Of a DNA stretch of 64,000 bases, positions 39,035 to 48,264 are shown piece by piece; position 1 is the first letter of the stretch; each line of letters opens with the position of its first letter. The stretch covers positions 1 through 64,000 of the forward strand of contig CAVYYZ010000006.1 in NCBI GenBank assembly GCA_963772835.1, written 5' to 3'. A model generated the notes under the pieces. That model was given only the letters and a program-made list of their open reading frames with translations, was not told where the DNA came from and did not search any database. The DNA comes from an uncultured delta proteobacterium. GTDB lineage: Bacteria > Desulfobacterota > Desulfuromonadia > Geobacterales > Pseudopelobacteraceae. The position numbers and the translations under genes are program-made.

Positions 39035-39637
39035 ATGAAAAACGGAATGAAAGCACTTTTGGCAGTGGCAGCGATTGGCGCGTTAACTCTTTCCGGTTGT
39101 GCATCCACCATGCAGTACGGTGATGCCGGGTCGGCCAAACCGATTTCGACCGAGTTCGGTTCATCAGACCTTCAACAGATCGCCGAAGCGATGGTCGATT
39201 CGATGATTACGTTTCCGCCGATGGTAGAATTGACCTCTGCTCGCCGCCCGGTAGTAAGTGTCGACAAGGTCAAGAACAAGACGATGCAGCATATCGATAC
39301 GGAATCAGTTACCGATTCCATCCGGACGAAATTGCTCCGCTCCGGGAAATTCCGTTTTATCGATCGTACGACAGACGCCCAGACTATTGAAGAACTTAAA
39401 ACCCAGCAGGACAGCGGACTGGTCGATAAGAAGAGTGCCGTTAAATTCGGCCAGCAGATCGGTGCCGAATTTCTGCTGACATCCAACTTCTCCGAGATTA
39501 AACAGAAGGCCGGCAGCACGACCGATGTATACTACAAGTTTACGATGTCGCTCAAAAATCTGAAAACCGGTATTCTGGAATGGTCCGATGAAAAAGAGAT
39601 CCGCAAGGTGTTCAACCGCGGTACGTTCGGGAGGTAA
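39035..39637 (+). CDS. lpoB: Penicillin-binding protein activator LpoB-family lipoprotein
   Basis: Lipobox LSGC; STEFGSSDLQ, VKNKT..HIDT, SGKFRF, YY.FTM.L..LKTG...W. Confidence 0.85.
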   Translation: MKNGMKALLAVAAIGALTLSGCASTMQYGDAGSAKPISTEFGSSDLQQIAEAMVDSMITFPPMVELTSARRPVVSVDKVKNKTMQHIDTESVTDSIRTKLLRSGKFRFIDRTTDAQTIEELKTQQDSGLVDKKSAVKFGQQIGAEFLLTSNFSEIKQKAGSTTDVYYKFTMSLKNLKTGILEWSDEKEIRKVFNRGTFGR

Positions 39638-39641
39638 TGCT

Positions 39642-40133
39642 ATGAAAAAAATGCTGTTATTACTGCCCGTCATGCTGCTGCTGGTGGCCTGTTCCGCTGC
39701 AAAGCCGAATTTCGTCTTTCTGGAAAAAACCGCTGTCGATCAGAATTCCGGTCTTACCTGGGCAAAAAACGCCAACATGCCCGGTCGTCAGCTGATCTGG
39801 CGCGGTGATGACAATGTGTATGAGTACATGAAGCGTCTGAATGAAATCAATTATGCCGGGTATGCCGATTGGCGGGTACCGTCCAAAGATGAGATGATCA
39901 AATTGCTCGAATATGCCAAGGCGATGGGGTATGACCAGGCAAAAATGGATACCTGGCCCTACCAGAAGCTGCGCGAGCTCGGTTTTATGGACGTGCGTGA
40001 TTATGAATACTGGACGGCCACCCGTAAATCGCCGACTGAAATATGGACGGCTGACATGACCAACGGCACGGTCGCGCCGAAACCGGAAAACAAGCCGTAT
40101 TATCTCTGGCCGGTCCGGGGGAATTCACGCTGA
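39642..40133 (+). CDS. DUF1566 (Lcl C-terminal) domain lipoprotein
   Basis: Lipobox LVAC; D..SGLTW, YAGY.DWRVP..DE, YWT, WPVR. Confidence 0.85.
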   Translation: MKKMLLLLPVMLLLVACSAAKPNFVFLEKTAVDQNSGLTWAKNANMPGRQLIWRGDDNVYEYMKRLNEINYAGYADWRVPSKDEMIKLLEYAKAMGYDQAKMDTWPYQKLRELGFMDVRDYEYWTATRKSPTEIWTADMTNGTVAPKPENKPYYLWPVRGNSR

Positions 40134-40168
40134 ATCGCATGTGAAACATAATAACCATGTCAATAATC

Positions 40169-40204
40169 GCACCGCCCCTGCCGGAGAACCGGCAGGGGCG
40201 GTGC
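40169..40204. terminator. Perfect 16-bp GC hairpin after the lipoprotein operon (terminator or 3' stabiliser)
   Basis: GCACCGCCCCTGCCGG-AGAA-CCGGCAGGGGCGGTGC; no U-tract. Confidence 0.55.
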
Positions 40205-40415
40205 CGTATGCGGCGACCGGCCTGAAGTATGATTTTAGTGTAATGTGGATGCGTAAGTAATTGCTAGTGATCGGCGCTGTCAGATCGATAGGTTACATGT
40301 TGTTTGAAATTTTGAGCTTTTATGAGGTTCAGGTCAATTTTGTAAAAAAGACGAGCTGTTCAAGATTGACTCCTTGTACCTGTATGGTGCGCCCGGACGT
40401 CAATGCTTACCCCCG

Positions 40416-42566
40416 TCACAGGCTCTCGATAAATGCCGCAATTTCTGCATGGACGCTTTCCGACCCTTCACCAGCCAGAATCCCGTGACGATTGAAGTCA
40501 AGCGGAAGGTACCGTTTCTGTTCCGCTCCGATCAGCTCGAACATACGTGCCGTCTCTTCAGGATCGACTACCGGGTCCCCGAGACCCTGCAGGACCAGCG
40601 TCGGTACCTTTATGTCCGCCAGTCGCGGTTTAAGCTCTTCCATGAAATGCCCCATCTCCGACAGAGCCGCTACCGGAATCCGTGAATAGTTGATCAACGG
40701 TCGATCCGGGGTCTGCTCGACATATTCTTTTTCCGCCCCGTGGAGGTTCATCGTCTCCATGACTCTGTTCCAGTTTGTGACAGCAGAGGCGAACCGTGCA
40801 GATATATTCAGCAGGCGGAATGGCGGCGATACTGCAAAAGCACCTGCCAGTCGGGGAATGCGTGCGGCACAGTCGAGCGCCAGGCCGCTGCCGAAAGAAA
40901 AACCGCCGATAACAACCCGCCTGCAGGCGGCACTCATCATGGCATAACCAATATCCACCGACTCAACCCAGTCGTTGCCGCTTCGTGCGGCAAGATCTTC
41001 AGGGGACGTCCCGTGTCCGCGAAGGCGAACCGAGTAGACCCAATATCCCCTGCTGTGCAGAGAGTCCGCAAGCTCAAGCATTTCACGGGGGGCAGCCAAA
41101 AATCCGTGCAGCAGCACTATGCCGAGCCTCCGAGAAGTACCCTTCAGCAGCAGCGGTTCCCCGACGTCACGCTCTTTTGATTCACCGGGAGTATAAAACT
41201 GTGCATAGTCAGCCTCAAACTGGTCCGTAGCCTGCTGCAGTAGAACTTCAACAACGCGATGGCGGACCAGCATTTCCGGCAGCCATGCCAATAATCGAAC
41301 CCGACGCTTTAGGCAGGTCAGGGACTGTACCTCATTTGCCGCGACACCGAGCGGGTTTTCAATGCGTATTCTCTGGAATTGGCTCCCTCCGGATAAACTG
41401 GCGCTGTTTCTGAAAAGAAATCCCCCTTCGGTGCGAATCACATTTGTTTCTCTCGCCAGTTCCAGAAAGTCGCGGTATTTATGGTACCGGTCGTCGGTCA
41501 GAAGGGCGACCTGTCCAAACTCAAGGCTCTGGTGGCACATGACGAGCGTTTTGTCGGGTACCAGATCGGTCAGCAGAAATACGCGGCGCCTGAAATCTGC
41601 CTCGGATATTTTACTGAAGGGAAGCGCCCTGAGCAGTGATGCAAAAAGATGATCATGATTTACCGTAGTCATACTGTATATGTCTGACATGAAACGGTTC
41701 ATCAGGGTCGTCGCTTCCTGGCGCATCTCGGGCAGGGAGGGGAGTTGGTCGTCAAAGTTGATCTGCTTCAGGGAGAACATGTCCTGCCTGATCCGGGAGG
41801 AGGTGAGGTGCTCTGAAACCGGGATGGCCTGACCAAAACGGATGTCGATATCCACCCCTTCGAAGAACATGGTCCCTTCGGTCAGCAGCTCTTCCCGCAA
41901 CCGCTCGGAGAGGTTGTGGGCAAAGCGATCTGCCAGCGTGCTCAGTACGTTCTCCCGTGCCCGGAGCGGATAATAGGTCAGGTTGATCGGGACGATCGAT
42001 GTTTTTCCGGCCAGGACCGGCGCCAGATCCTCAATCTCAAACATGTTCTGCAGGCGTTCGGCTTCCGCCGGGTTTTCCGCGAGCAGGAACTGCAGCCGCG
42101 TGCGATAAAATTCGGTTCGCAGCGCCAGAGTAGCCGCCCCTGTATGGGCGTGCCGTAACTTTCCGCGGTGCAGACCAAAGATGGAAGGCCTTGTCACGGC
42201 TTCCTTGTCCTTGACCATCTGCCCCTCAGGAAAAATAATCCAGTTTGTTTCGCCGGTCAAAAGGCTTTTTACGATCAGGCGGTCCCGATCAGGATCTCTG
42301 GTTGAAACCGCCCCGATTTTTGCCAGAAAACCGCTGAGATGGCCTTCAAAAAAGGAGTGATCGGCCAGCGACCAGACCGGAACGTGGGTTTGTGCATAGA
42401 TGTGATAGGGGAGGAGGAGTGTTTCAATGCGAGTGAAATGATTGACGACAAAAATGATTGAGCCGTCGGGAATCGACTCCTGTCCGTGGATTTTAACCTT
42501 GATTCTGGAGAAACTCTGCATGAGGGCGATCATCTGCCCGGTTGCAAGATAGGCGGAATAATTCAT
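40416..42566 (-). CDS. Acyltransferase (PlsC-like) plus alpha/beta-hydrolase (carboxylesterase/lipase) fusion
   Basis: N-terminal VVNHFTRIE and IFPEG; C-terminal LHGF, GHGT, GFSFG, DPVV and H. Confidence 0.85.
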   Translation of the reverse strand: MNYSAYLATGQMIALMQSFSRIKVKIHGQESIPDGSIIFVVNHFTRIETLLLPYHIYAQTHVPVWSLADHSFFEGHLSGFLAKIGAVSTRDPDRDRLIVKSLLTGETNWIIFPEGQMVKDKEAVTRPSIFGLHRGKLRHAHTGAATLALRTEFYRTRLQFLLAENPAEAERLQNMFEIEDLAPVLAGKTSIVPINLTYYPLRARENVLSTLADRFAHNLSERLREELLTEGTMFFEGVDIDIRFGQAIPVSEHLTSSRIRQDMFSLKQINFDDQLPSLPEMRQEATTLMNRFMSDIYSMTTVNHDHLFASLLRALPFSKISEADFRRRVFLLTDLVPDKTLVMCHQSLEFGQVALLTDDRYHKYRDFLELARETNVIRTEGGFLFRNSASLSGGSQFQRIRIENPLGVAANEVQSLTCLKRRVRLLAWLPEMLVRHRVVEVLLQQATDQFEADYAQFYTPGESKERDVGEPLLLKGTSRRLGIVLLHGFLAAPREMLELADSLHSRGYWVYSVRLRGHGTSPEDLAARSGNDWVESVDIGYAMMSAACRRVVIGGFSFGSGLALDCAARIPRLAGAFAVSPPFRLLNISARFASAVTNWNRVMETMNLHGAEKEYVEQTPDRPLINYSRIPVAALSEMGHFMEELKPRLADIKVPTLVLQGLGDPVVDPEETARMFELIGAEQKRYLPLDFNRHGILAGEGSESVHAEIAAFIESL

Positions 42567-42590
42567 GAAAGGTCCTTTCCTCGCGCCATC

Positions 42591-44159
42591 TCAGGCCGGA
42601 AGGTACTGTGCTGCAGTTGCGTTATATTGTTCCAGCTGCCGGGTCTGCCATGCCTGGTCATGTCCAAGTTCTGAGGCCATAAGGCACGCCACCCGGGGGG
42701 CGATTTCACGGCTTGCCCCAGCATCCAGGAACAGGGACCGGGTGCGCCGGGCAAGAACATCCTCTACGCTCCTCGCCCATTCGGAGCGTACCGCCCAGAT
42801 TACCTCACCGGCTGTACAGGGGAGTCGAGGGTGCAGACGTTCTTTCCAGGAGTTGTGCTCATCCGAAAGCTGTTCAAGCAGTTCCCGGTCGGACCCGTAC
42901 CCGTCCGGTGATCCCGATCGGGCCGATGGCGGTTCCCACCCATGCAGGCGCAGTGAGCCGGTGATCGACGGTCGTGACTGAAGTCCACCCCGGCTGGCGG
43001 CAGCATCAACCGCGGCAACAGCCATGCTGCGATAGGTGGTCCACTTGCCGCCGGTAATGGTCACAAGTCCCGAAGTGGAAACAGAGAGCAGGTATTCACG
43101 GCTCAGCTGTGACGTTTTCTTCCCGCTCCCTCCTCCGATCAACGGCCTGAGCCCCGCAAAGCTGCTGAGAACGTCGGAGCGCGCCGGTTGGCGCTCAAGG
43201 AAGCGCCCTGTATGGGCCAGCAGAAAATCAATTTCATCGGACAACGGAACCGGTTCAGTTGTGACCGTGTTTATAGGGGTGTCTGTGGTGCCGACAATGA
43301 CATGATCCTGCCATGGAATTGCGAAAAAAACCCGTCCGTCGTCGGTGTGCGGAACCATGACCGCACAGCCGCCGGGGAGAAACGACCGGTCAAGTATCAG
43401 GTGTGCCCCCTGACTCAGGGTGATCAGGGGAGAACAGGCCGGTTCGTCCATCCGGCGCACCTGATCACACAGTACTCCTGTTGCGTTGATCACAGACCGG
43501 CCGTAAAGGGTGTATGGCCCGCCTCCCTCACCCTCTGTGGCCGTAATAGTGGACAATTGTCCGGATCCCGACGTGGTGATACCGGTGACGGTCATGTAAT
43601 TAAGCGGAGTTCCCCCCAGGTCGGTCAGCGTTTTCGCCAGACAGATAGCCAGCCGGGCGTCATCGAACTGGCCGTCGTGGTAGACGATGCCCCCGCGAAG
43701 CTTCTGCCGCTTGAGAGTCGGGACGAGATCTATGGTTTCATTCCGGCTGAGGTGCCGGGAATGTTTCAGGCCGTGAATCCCGGACAACAGGTCGTATAAC
43801 GCCATGCCGACGCCATAGAAGGGGCGTTCCCACCAGCTGTAGAGAGGTATGACAAAGGGGATGGCGTGTGCCAGATGCGGAGCGTTCGCGAGCAACAGGT
43901 GCCGTTCTCGCAGCGCCTCGCGCACGAGTGACAGATTGCCCTGCTGCAGGTAGCGTACGCCGCCATGGATAAGTTTAGTGCTGCGGCTTGAGGTCCCGCA
44001 GGCAAAGTCTCCCTGCTCCAGCAGCAGTGTGCGGTAACCGCGGCCGGCAGCATCGACGGCCGCTCCGAGCCCGGTGGCACCGCCGCCGATCACGATGATG
44101 TCCCATGGTTGCGACCGGTCATCCACTCTGTGCAGGAGTTCTGCCCGTGATGGGTTCAT
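42591..44159 (-). CDS. glpD: FAD-dependent glycerol-3-phosphate dehydrogenase
   Basis: IGGGATG, GTSSRSTKLIHGGVRYL, DGQFDDAR, GGKWTTYR. Confidence 0.93.
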   Translation of the reverse strand: MNPSRAELLHRVDDRSQPWDIIVIGGGATGLGAAVDAAGRGYRTLLLEQGDFACGTSSRSTKLIHGGVRYLQQGNLSLVREALRERHLLLANAPHLAHAIPFVIPLYSWWERPFYGVGMALYDLLSGIHGLKHSRHLSRNETIDLVPTLKRQKLRGGIVYHDGQFDDARLAICLAKTLTDLGGTPLNYMTVTGITTSGSGQLSTITATEGEGGGPYTLYGRSVINATGVLCDQVRRMDEPACSPLITLSQGAHLILDRSFLPGGCAVMVPHTDDGRVFFAIPWQDHVIVGTTDTPINTVTTEPVPLSDEIDFLLAHTGRFLERQPARSDVLSSFAGLRPLIGGGSGKKTSQLSREYLLSVSTSGLVTITGGKWTTYRSMAVAAVDAAASRGGLQSRPSITGSLRLHGWEPPSARSGSPDGYGSDRELLEQLSDEHNSWKERLHPRLPCTAGEVIWAVRSEWARSVEDVLARRTRSLFLDAGASREIAPRVACLMASELGHDQAWQTRQLEQYNATAAQYLPA

Positions 44160-44938
44160 GGCTCAGGACACTCCGTCAGCCGTTGTCTCAGCCAGCCGGG
44201 GCGGTTGGTCATAATCGAGTCAACCCCCAGCTCGCAGAGATGGCGGGCCGCTGATGGCCGGTCAACGGTCCAGACATGTATCTCCTTGCCGATCGTTTTA
44301 AGCGACTCAGCCAGATCCCGGTCCAGGAACGACCGATTGGCGCTGGCAAGACCGTCGGCACCCGAACGGCGAAGTGTATCTAATACGCGGTTCCGGGAGG
44401 GATTCCATGTATTGCCCGGCAGTGTGTGGCGGTAGTCACAGAGCCAGCAGGCGCGCCATTCGGGCATTTGTTGCTTCAATTGTTCAATCATCGAGGCGTT
44501 GAACGACAGCAGCCTGATGCGTTCCGGTGATCGCCCCGATTTCCGCAGTACCTTTTTCAGAGGGGCGATGATCTCTTCACCGCTCTTGATTTCAATAAAG
44601 AACCAGGTACGACCCGGAATTGCAGCCAGTACATCATCAAGTGTCGGAATAACCGCTCCTGACCAGTCCGGCCCTTTCCAGAGACCCGCGTCAAGCCGTT
44701 GCAGTTCCTTTAGTCCGGTATCGGAAATTTTCAGATCAACACCGGTCGTTCGAACCGTAGTTTCGTCATGCATACAGACGATCCGGTTGTCGGCAGTGAG
44801 ACGGAAATCGGCCTCGATTCCATCGGCACCCTGTTCCCAGGCGAGAGAGAAGGATTCAAGCGTGTTTTCGGGTGCTTCCCGCGATGCGCCGCGATGACCT
44901 ATTATCAGCGGAAGGAGGGGAGAAGTGGCACTCAACAT
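44156..44938 (-). CDS. Glycerophosphodiester phosphodiesterase (cytoplasmic, UgpQ/GlpQ-like)
   Basis: HRGAS..APENT, IE.D, HD, IEIK, WTVD, TN.P; no signal peptide. Confidence 0.92.
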   Translation of the reverse strand: MLSATSPLLPLIIGHRGASREAPENTLESFSLAWEQGADGIEADFRLTADNRIVCMHDETTVRTTGVDLKISDTGLKELQRLDAGLWKGPDWSGAVIPTLDDVLAAIPGRTWFFIEIKSGEEIIAPLKKVLRKSGRSPERIRLLSFNASMIEQLKQQMPEWRACWLCDYRHTLPGNTWNPSRNRVLDTLRRSGADGLASANRSFLDRDLAESLKTIGKEIHVWTVDRPSAARHLCELGVDSIMTNRPGWLRQRLTECPEP

Positions 44939-45633
44939 GGCTTCCTGGTGTGCTCTTGTGATTCATGTGAGCTGCCCGGTTCGCCGGCTTCACTTGTTAT
45001 GTGCGGGTTTTTGCCGGTTATACCGGCATAAACTGCCTGGATTTTCAGTAGATCATCATCAAAATTACCGCTCGGAATAAATATGCTGTCAAACCCGGCG
45101 ATCTTGCGTTTGAAATCGATAAAACCCAGCACAATCGGCACCTGCGCACCGAAGGCGATATGGTAAAAACCGCTCTTCCAGTATCGTACCTGCCTACGGG
45201 TCCCTTCCGGGGGCACAAGCAGGATTAGATCATCGTGCGTGGAAAAGAGTTCAACGGCCTGTTCAACAAGATTATTGCTTTTGCTCCTATTAACCGGGAT
45301 ACCTCCCAGCCAGCGGAGAAATAATCCGAAAGGCGGTGAGAACAGTGACTGTTTCGCGAGAAAATAGACCTTGAGCCTGAAGGCAAAAACAATCGCCAGC
45401 GTCATGGGCAGATCCCAGTTGCTGGTATGCGGGGCGCCGATCATCACGCAGTGACGGACATCGGATGCTTTCCCGGAAAGTTTCCACCCTGCCGATTTCA
45501 GGTAGAGCGTTGAGCCGAATTGAAGCAATGTTTTCAGGAGCGGAGTGTCAAAGATTGTAAAAGCGGCCAGACTGATATTAGCCAAGGGCACCCCCGGTAA
45601 TGTGGCGGACAAAGACGTGTCACGATCAAACAT
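44932..45633 (-). CDS. Lysophospholipid (1-acyl-G3P) acyltransferase family protein; start uncertain (TTG at 45585 possible)
   Basis: APHTSNWD (HX4D), GGIPVNR, PEGTR, WKSGFY. Confidence 0.88.
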   Translation of the reverse strand: MFDRDTSLSATLPGVPLANISLAAFTIFDTPLLKTLLQFGSTLYLKSAGWKLSGKASDVRHCVMIGAPHTSNWDLPMTLAIVFAFRLKVYFLAKQSLFSPPFGLFLRWLGGIPVNRSKSNNLVEQAVELFSTHDDLILLVPPEGTRRQVRYWKSGFYHIAFGAQVPIVLGFIDFKRKIAGFDSIFIPSGNFDDDLLKIQAVYAGITGKNPHITSEAGEPGSSHESQEHTRKPC

Positions 45634-45794
45634 GTATCAAGTCTAGACGATGTTTCGACTGAGTGCAAATTGCTTTTGCTCCTGCCCGCAATATTATGTG
45701 GAAAAAACAAACGTCTCCGTGAACAGAAATGAAAAATCTTGACAAAAAAATGAACCGGGCAGTATATGGTTAATAATTGACGCAGGGGTGAAGT

Positions 45795-46193
45795 ATGAGG
45801 CTGAGTAACGAAGACCATATGCAGATCAGTGACCTGGCGGAAATGCTGGGAATAACCACCAGGACAATCCGGCTCTATGAAAAACTCGGGCTTGTCGAGC
45901 CTCCCAAGCGGACTGACGGGCGGGTCAGATATTATGAAAAAAAGGATGTAAAACGATTCAAGTTTGTCCTGAAGGTCAAAGAATTGGGGCTTTCCCTCGA
46001 AGAGATGAAAGAGTTGGCAATTCTCTTTGACAAGGAACAAAAGGTGCCTGAAAAAATAATGCCGCGGCTGACCGAGCTGCTTGATACCCATCTCAAAAGC
46101 ATCAAGCAGAAAGTATCGACACTCCAGTCTCTTGAGACGGATATTTCTGCCTATCGTCAAAGGATCATTGACCAATTCAATCTAATCAAGTAG
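45795..46193 (+). CDS. MerR-family transcriptional regulator
   Basis: ISDLA..LGITTRTIRLYE..GL, R.Y, LGLSLEEM; no Cys, so not a metal-sensing subtype. Confidence 0.92.
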   Translation: MRLSNEDHMQISDLAEMLGITTRTIRLYEKLGLVEPPKRTDGRVRYYEKKDVKRFKFVLKVKELGLSLEEMKELAILFDKEQKVPEKIMPRLTELLDTHLKSIKQKVSTLQSLETDISAYRQRIIDQFNLIK

Positions 46194-46388
46194 CGATGTA
46201 AAAAGGTGTATTTCTGTCTTTTACCCCACCAGATTTGTAGCCCAATTTCAGGCGCACACACGTAAATAAGTCTCGACTACCCTAAATCAGGTATATACAA
46301 ATTGGACGCAACGACTGTCATCGCTGTATTCTCTTGCGATATGCCGCACGGCTGCCTCCTGAGCCGACATGTGCCGGAGCGGAAAAAG

Positions 46389-46405
46389 TCGGCACTGAAC
46401 TTGCT
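46389..46405 (+). promoter_or_regulatory. Putative sigma54 promoter
   Basis: TCGGCACTGAACTTGCT, GG-N10-GC, about 40 bp upstream of the 46447 start. Confidence 0.6.
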
Positions 46406-46446
46406 GCTATGTGATACAATCACCGAAAATGGAAAAGGAGATTCGT

Positions 46447-47097
46447 ATGAAAAAAACAGTTCTCGTTATAGTGTTGGCCGTGATGACGGCCGCTTCGTCT
46501 GTGCAGGCCGGGGTTAACGTTAATCTTAATGTGGGTGTACCGACTCCCCGTGTGGTTGTGTCCTCCCCTTCTGTCCGGTTCGAAGTTGCCCCGCTCTTTG
46601 TAGCACCTTCCCGTCTGGGTTTTTACGTCGGTGTGGACACCCCCTATGACATTATCTTCAGCTCCGATTTATACTATCTGTACTATGGCAACAGCTGGCA
46701 TAATTCCCGGCATTATAACGGACCGTGGGTTGAAGTACCCTACCGTGAGCTTCCTCAGGCTATCCGGACGCACCGGATTGAGCAGATCCGCTCGTATCGC
46801 GATCGTGAATATCGCGTGTATCGTAATGATCGGGACCACTATCGCGGCCGTCAGTTCAGGCCAGACCGTGAGAGGAGAGAAGATCTGGGGCAGGAACATC
46901 GTCGAGGCAATGAAGAGATGAGAGACGGGCGTCGACGCGGTAATGAAGAGATGAGGGATGATCGCCGACGCGATAAGGAAAATATGAAAAATGATCGCCG
47001 ACGTGATAAGGAAGAGTCCAAGGATGAGCGCCGGCGTGATCAGGAAGACCGGAAGGACGAAAGACGGGACGGTAGACAGCACGGGGGCAGAGATTAA
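46447..47097 (+). CDS. Secreted hypothetical protein with a Tyr/Pro-rich core and a charged repeat tail
   Basis: AAGGAG RBS, MKK signal peptide (VQA cleavage), VNVNLNVGVP, YNGPW. Confidence 0.8.
   Translation: MKKTVLVIVLAVMTAASSVQAGVNVNLNVGVPTPRVVVSSPSVRFEVAPLFVAPSRLGFYVGVDTPYDIIFSSDLYYLYYGNSWHNSRHYNGPWVEVPYRELPQAIRTHRIEQIRSYRDREYRVYRNDRDHYRGRQFRPDRERREDLGQEHRRGNEEMRDGRRRGNEEMRDDRRRDKENMKNDRRRDKEESKDERRRDQEDRKDERRDGRQHGGRD
46897..47061 (+). repeat. Five degenerate 33-bp coding tandem repeats
   Basis: HRRGNEEMRDG / RRRGNEEMRDD / RRRDKENMKND / RRRDKEESKDE / RRRDQEDRKDE. Confidence 0.85.
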
Positions 47098-47112
47098 CAG
47101 TCTTGAAACCGG

Positions 47113-47136
47113 AGGGGGGCGATAGCCCCCCTTTTT
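47113..47136 (+). terminator. Intrinsic terminator
   Basis: AGGGGGGC-GATA-GCCCCCC followed by T5. Confidence 0.85.
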
Positions 47137-47248
47137 ATATTCTTCATCTGCATACGGAATTGATTTAATTTGGTCTTGACGCTGCCCGGGCCTTGGGTTA
47201 CACCTGAGGCAAAACGGCACAGTTCGGCAGAGAAAGTGAGATAGTAGT

Positions 47249-48151
47249 ATGATTCTTGATGCAGTTTCCTACGGCAGGCTCGTTGATAATCTCAATGACG
47301 GCCTGTACATTGTGGATAGAGACAGGGTAATTCAACACTGGAACAAAGCCGCCGAAAGAATTTCCGGTTTTTCATCTGCCGAGGTTATCGGTAAATCCTG
47401 CTCGGATAACATTCTCACCCATGTGGATTGCGATGGAAAGTGCCTTTGCCAGGGAGTGTGCCCCCTTGCAATGACTATGGACGACGGGGCGGCACGTGAA
47501 TCGGAGATTTATCTTCACCACAAGGACGGCCACAGGATTCCGGTCTCTGTCCGGGCCAGCACAATTACCGACGATAACGGCCGGGTAATTGGCGCTGCCG
47601 AGCTGTTCACCGATATCAGCAACCAGATAAACAATGAGTTAAAGGTCAAAGAACTTGAAGAAATGGCCTTGCTTGACAATCTCACCAGGCTTGCCAACAG
47701 GCACTACATCGAGAAGGATATCTCGGTTTGTTTTGAGGAAAAAAGGCGGATCGGTATCCCCTTTGGCGTCCTGTTCATGGACATTGATCATTTCAAAAAA
47801 TTCAATGATACGCATGGGCATGATGTCGGTGACCGGGTTCTCAAATTCGTTGCCGACACTCTGGTCAAGAATGCGCGGCCGTTCGATCTGATCGGCCGAT
47901 GGGGCGGAGAAGAGTTCATCGGTATTATACGGAATGTCAATCGGCAGCAACTTGAAGCTCTCGGCAACAGGCTGCGTATGCTGGTTGATTCCTCATACAT
48001 TCAAACTGCGAGTGACAGACTGCATGTCAGCATTTCTATCGGGGCGACGCTCGTATGCGACGATGACAGGATGGATACGGTCGTTAAACGGGCTGACACG
48101 CTTATGTACGAAAGTAAGCGGTCGGGAAGAAACCGTCTGACAATGGGGTGA
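47249..48151 (+). CDS. PAS-GGDEF diguanylate cyclase
   Basis: PAS (WNKAAE.ISG, Cys-rich), D.LT.LANR, DIDHFK.FND..GH..GD, RWGGEEF; RPFD I-site. Confidence 0.93.
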   Translation: MILDAVSYGRLVDNLNDGLYIVDRDRVIQHWNKAAERISGFSSAEVIGKSCSDNILTHVDCDGKCLCQGVCPLAMTMDDGAARESEIYLHHKDGHRIPVSVRASTITDDNGRVIGAAELFTDISNQINNELKVKELEEMALLDNLTRLANRHYIEKDISVCFEEKRRIGIPFGVLFMDIDHFKKFNDTHGHDVGDRVLKFVADTLVKNARPFDLIGRWGGEEFIGIIRNVNRQQLEALGNRLRMLVDSSYIQTASDRLHVSISIGATLVCDDDRMDTVVKRADTLMYESKRSGRNRLTMG

Positions 48152-48264
48152 AACAGTTTTCGACCCGGTTATGAGTTGAACCACTATTACATGGTCACCC
48201 TTCGGCATCATTGCAGGCCACTGATCAACCCGCTGTTTTTAACATACTCCCCGTTTTTCTGCTG

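Noticed and set aside
45739..45770. TTGACA with a possible long-spacer MerR-type promoter
   Set aside because: The -10 position is ambiguous and there is no clear dyad in the spacer
46897..47061. Possible CRISPR array
   Set aside because: In-frame degenerate coding repeats with no unique spacers and no cas genes
47160..47245. Possible c-di-GMP (GEMM) riboswitch before the diguanylate cyclase
   Set aside because: Only GGCAAA matches; the GAAA-capped stem and GACGCAAAG elements are absent
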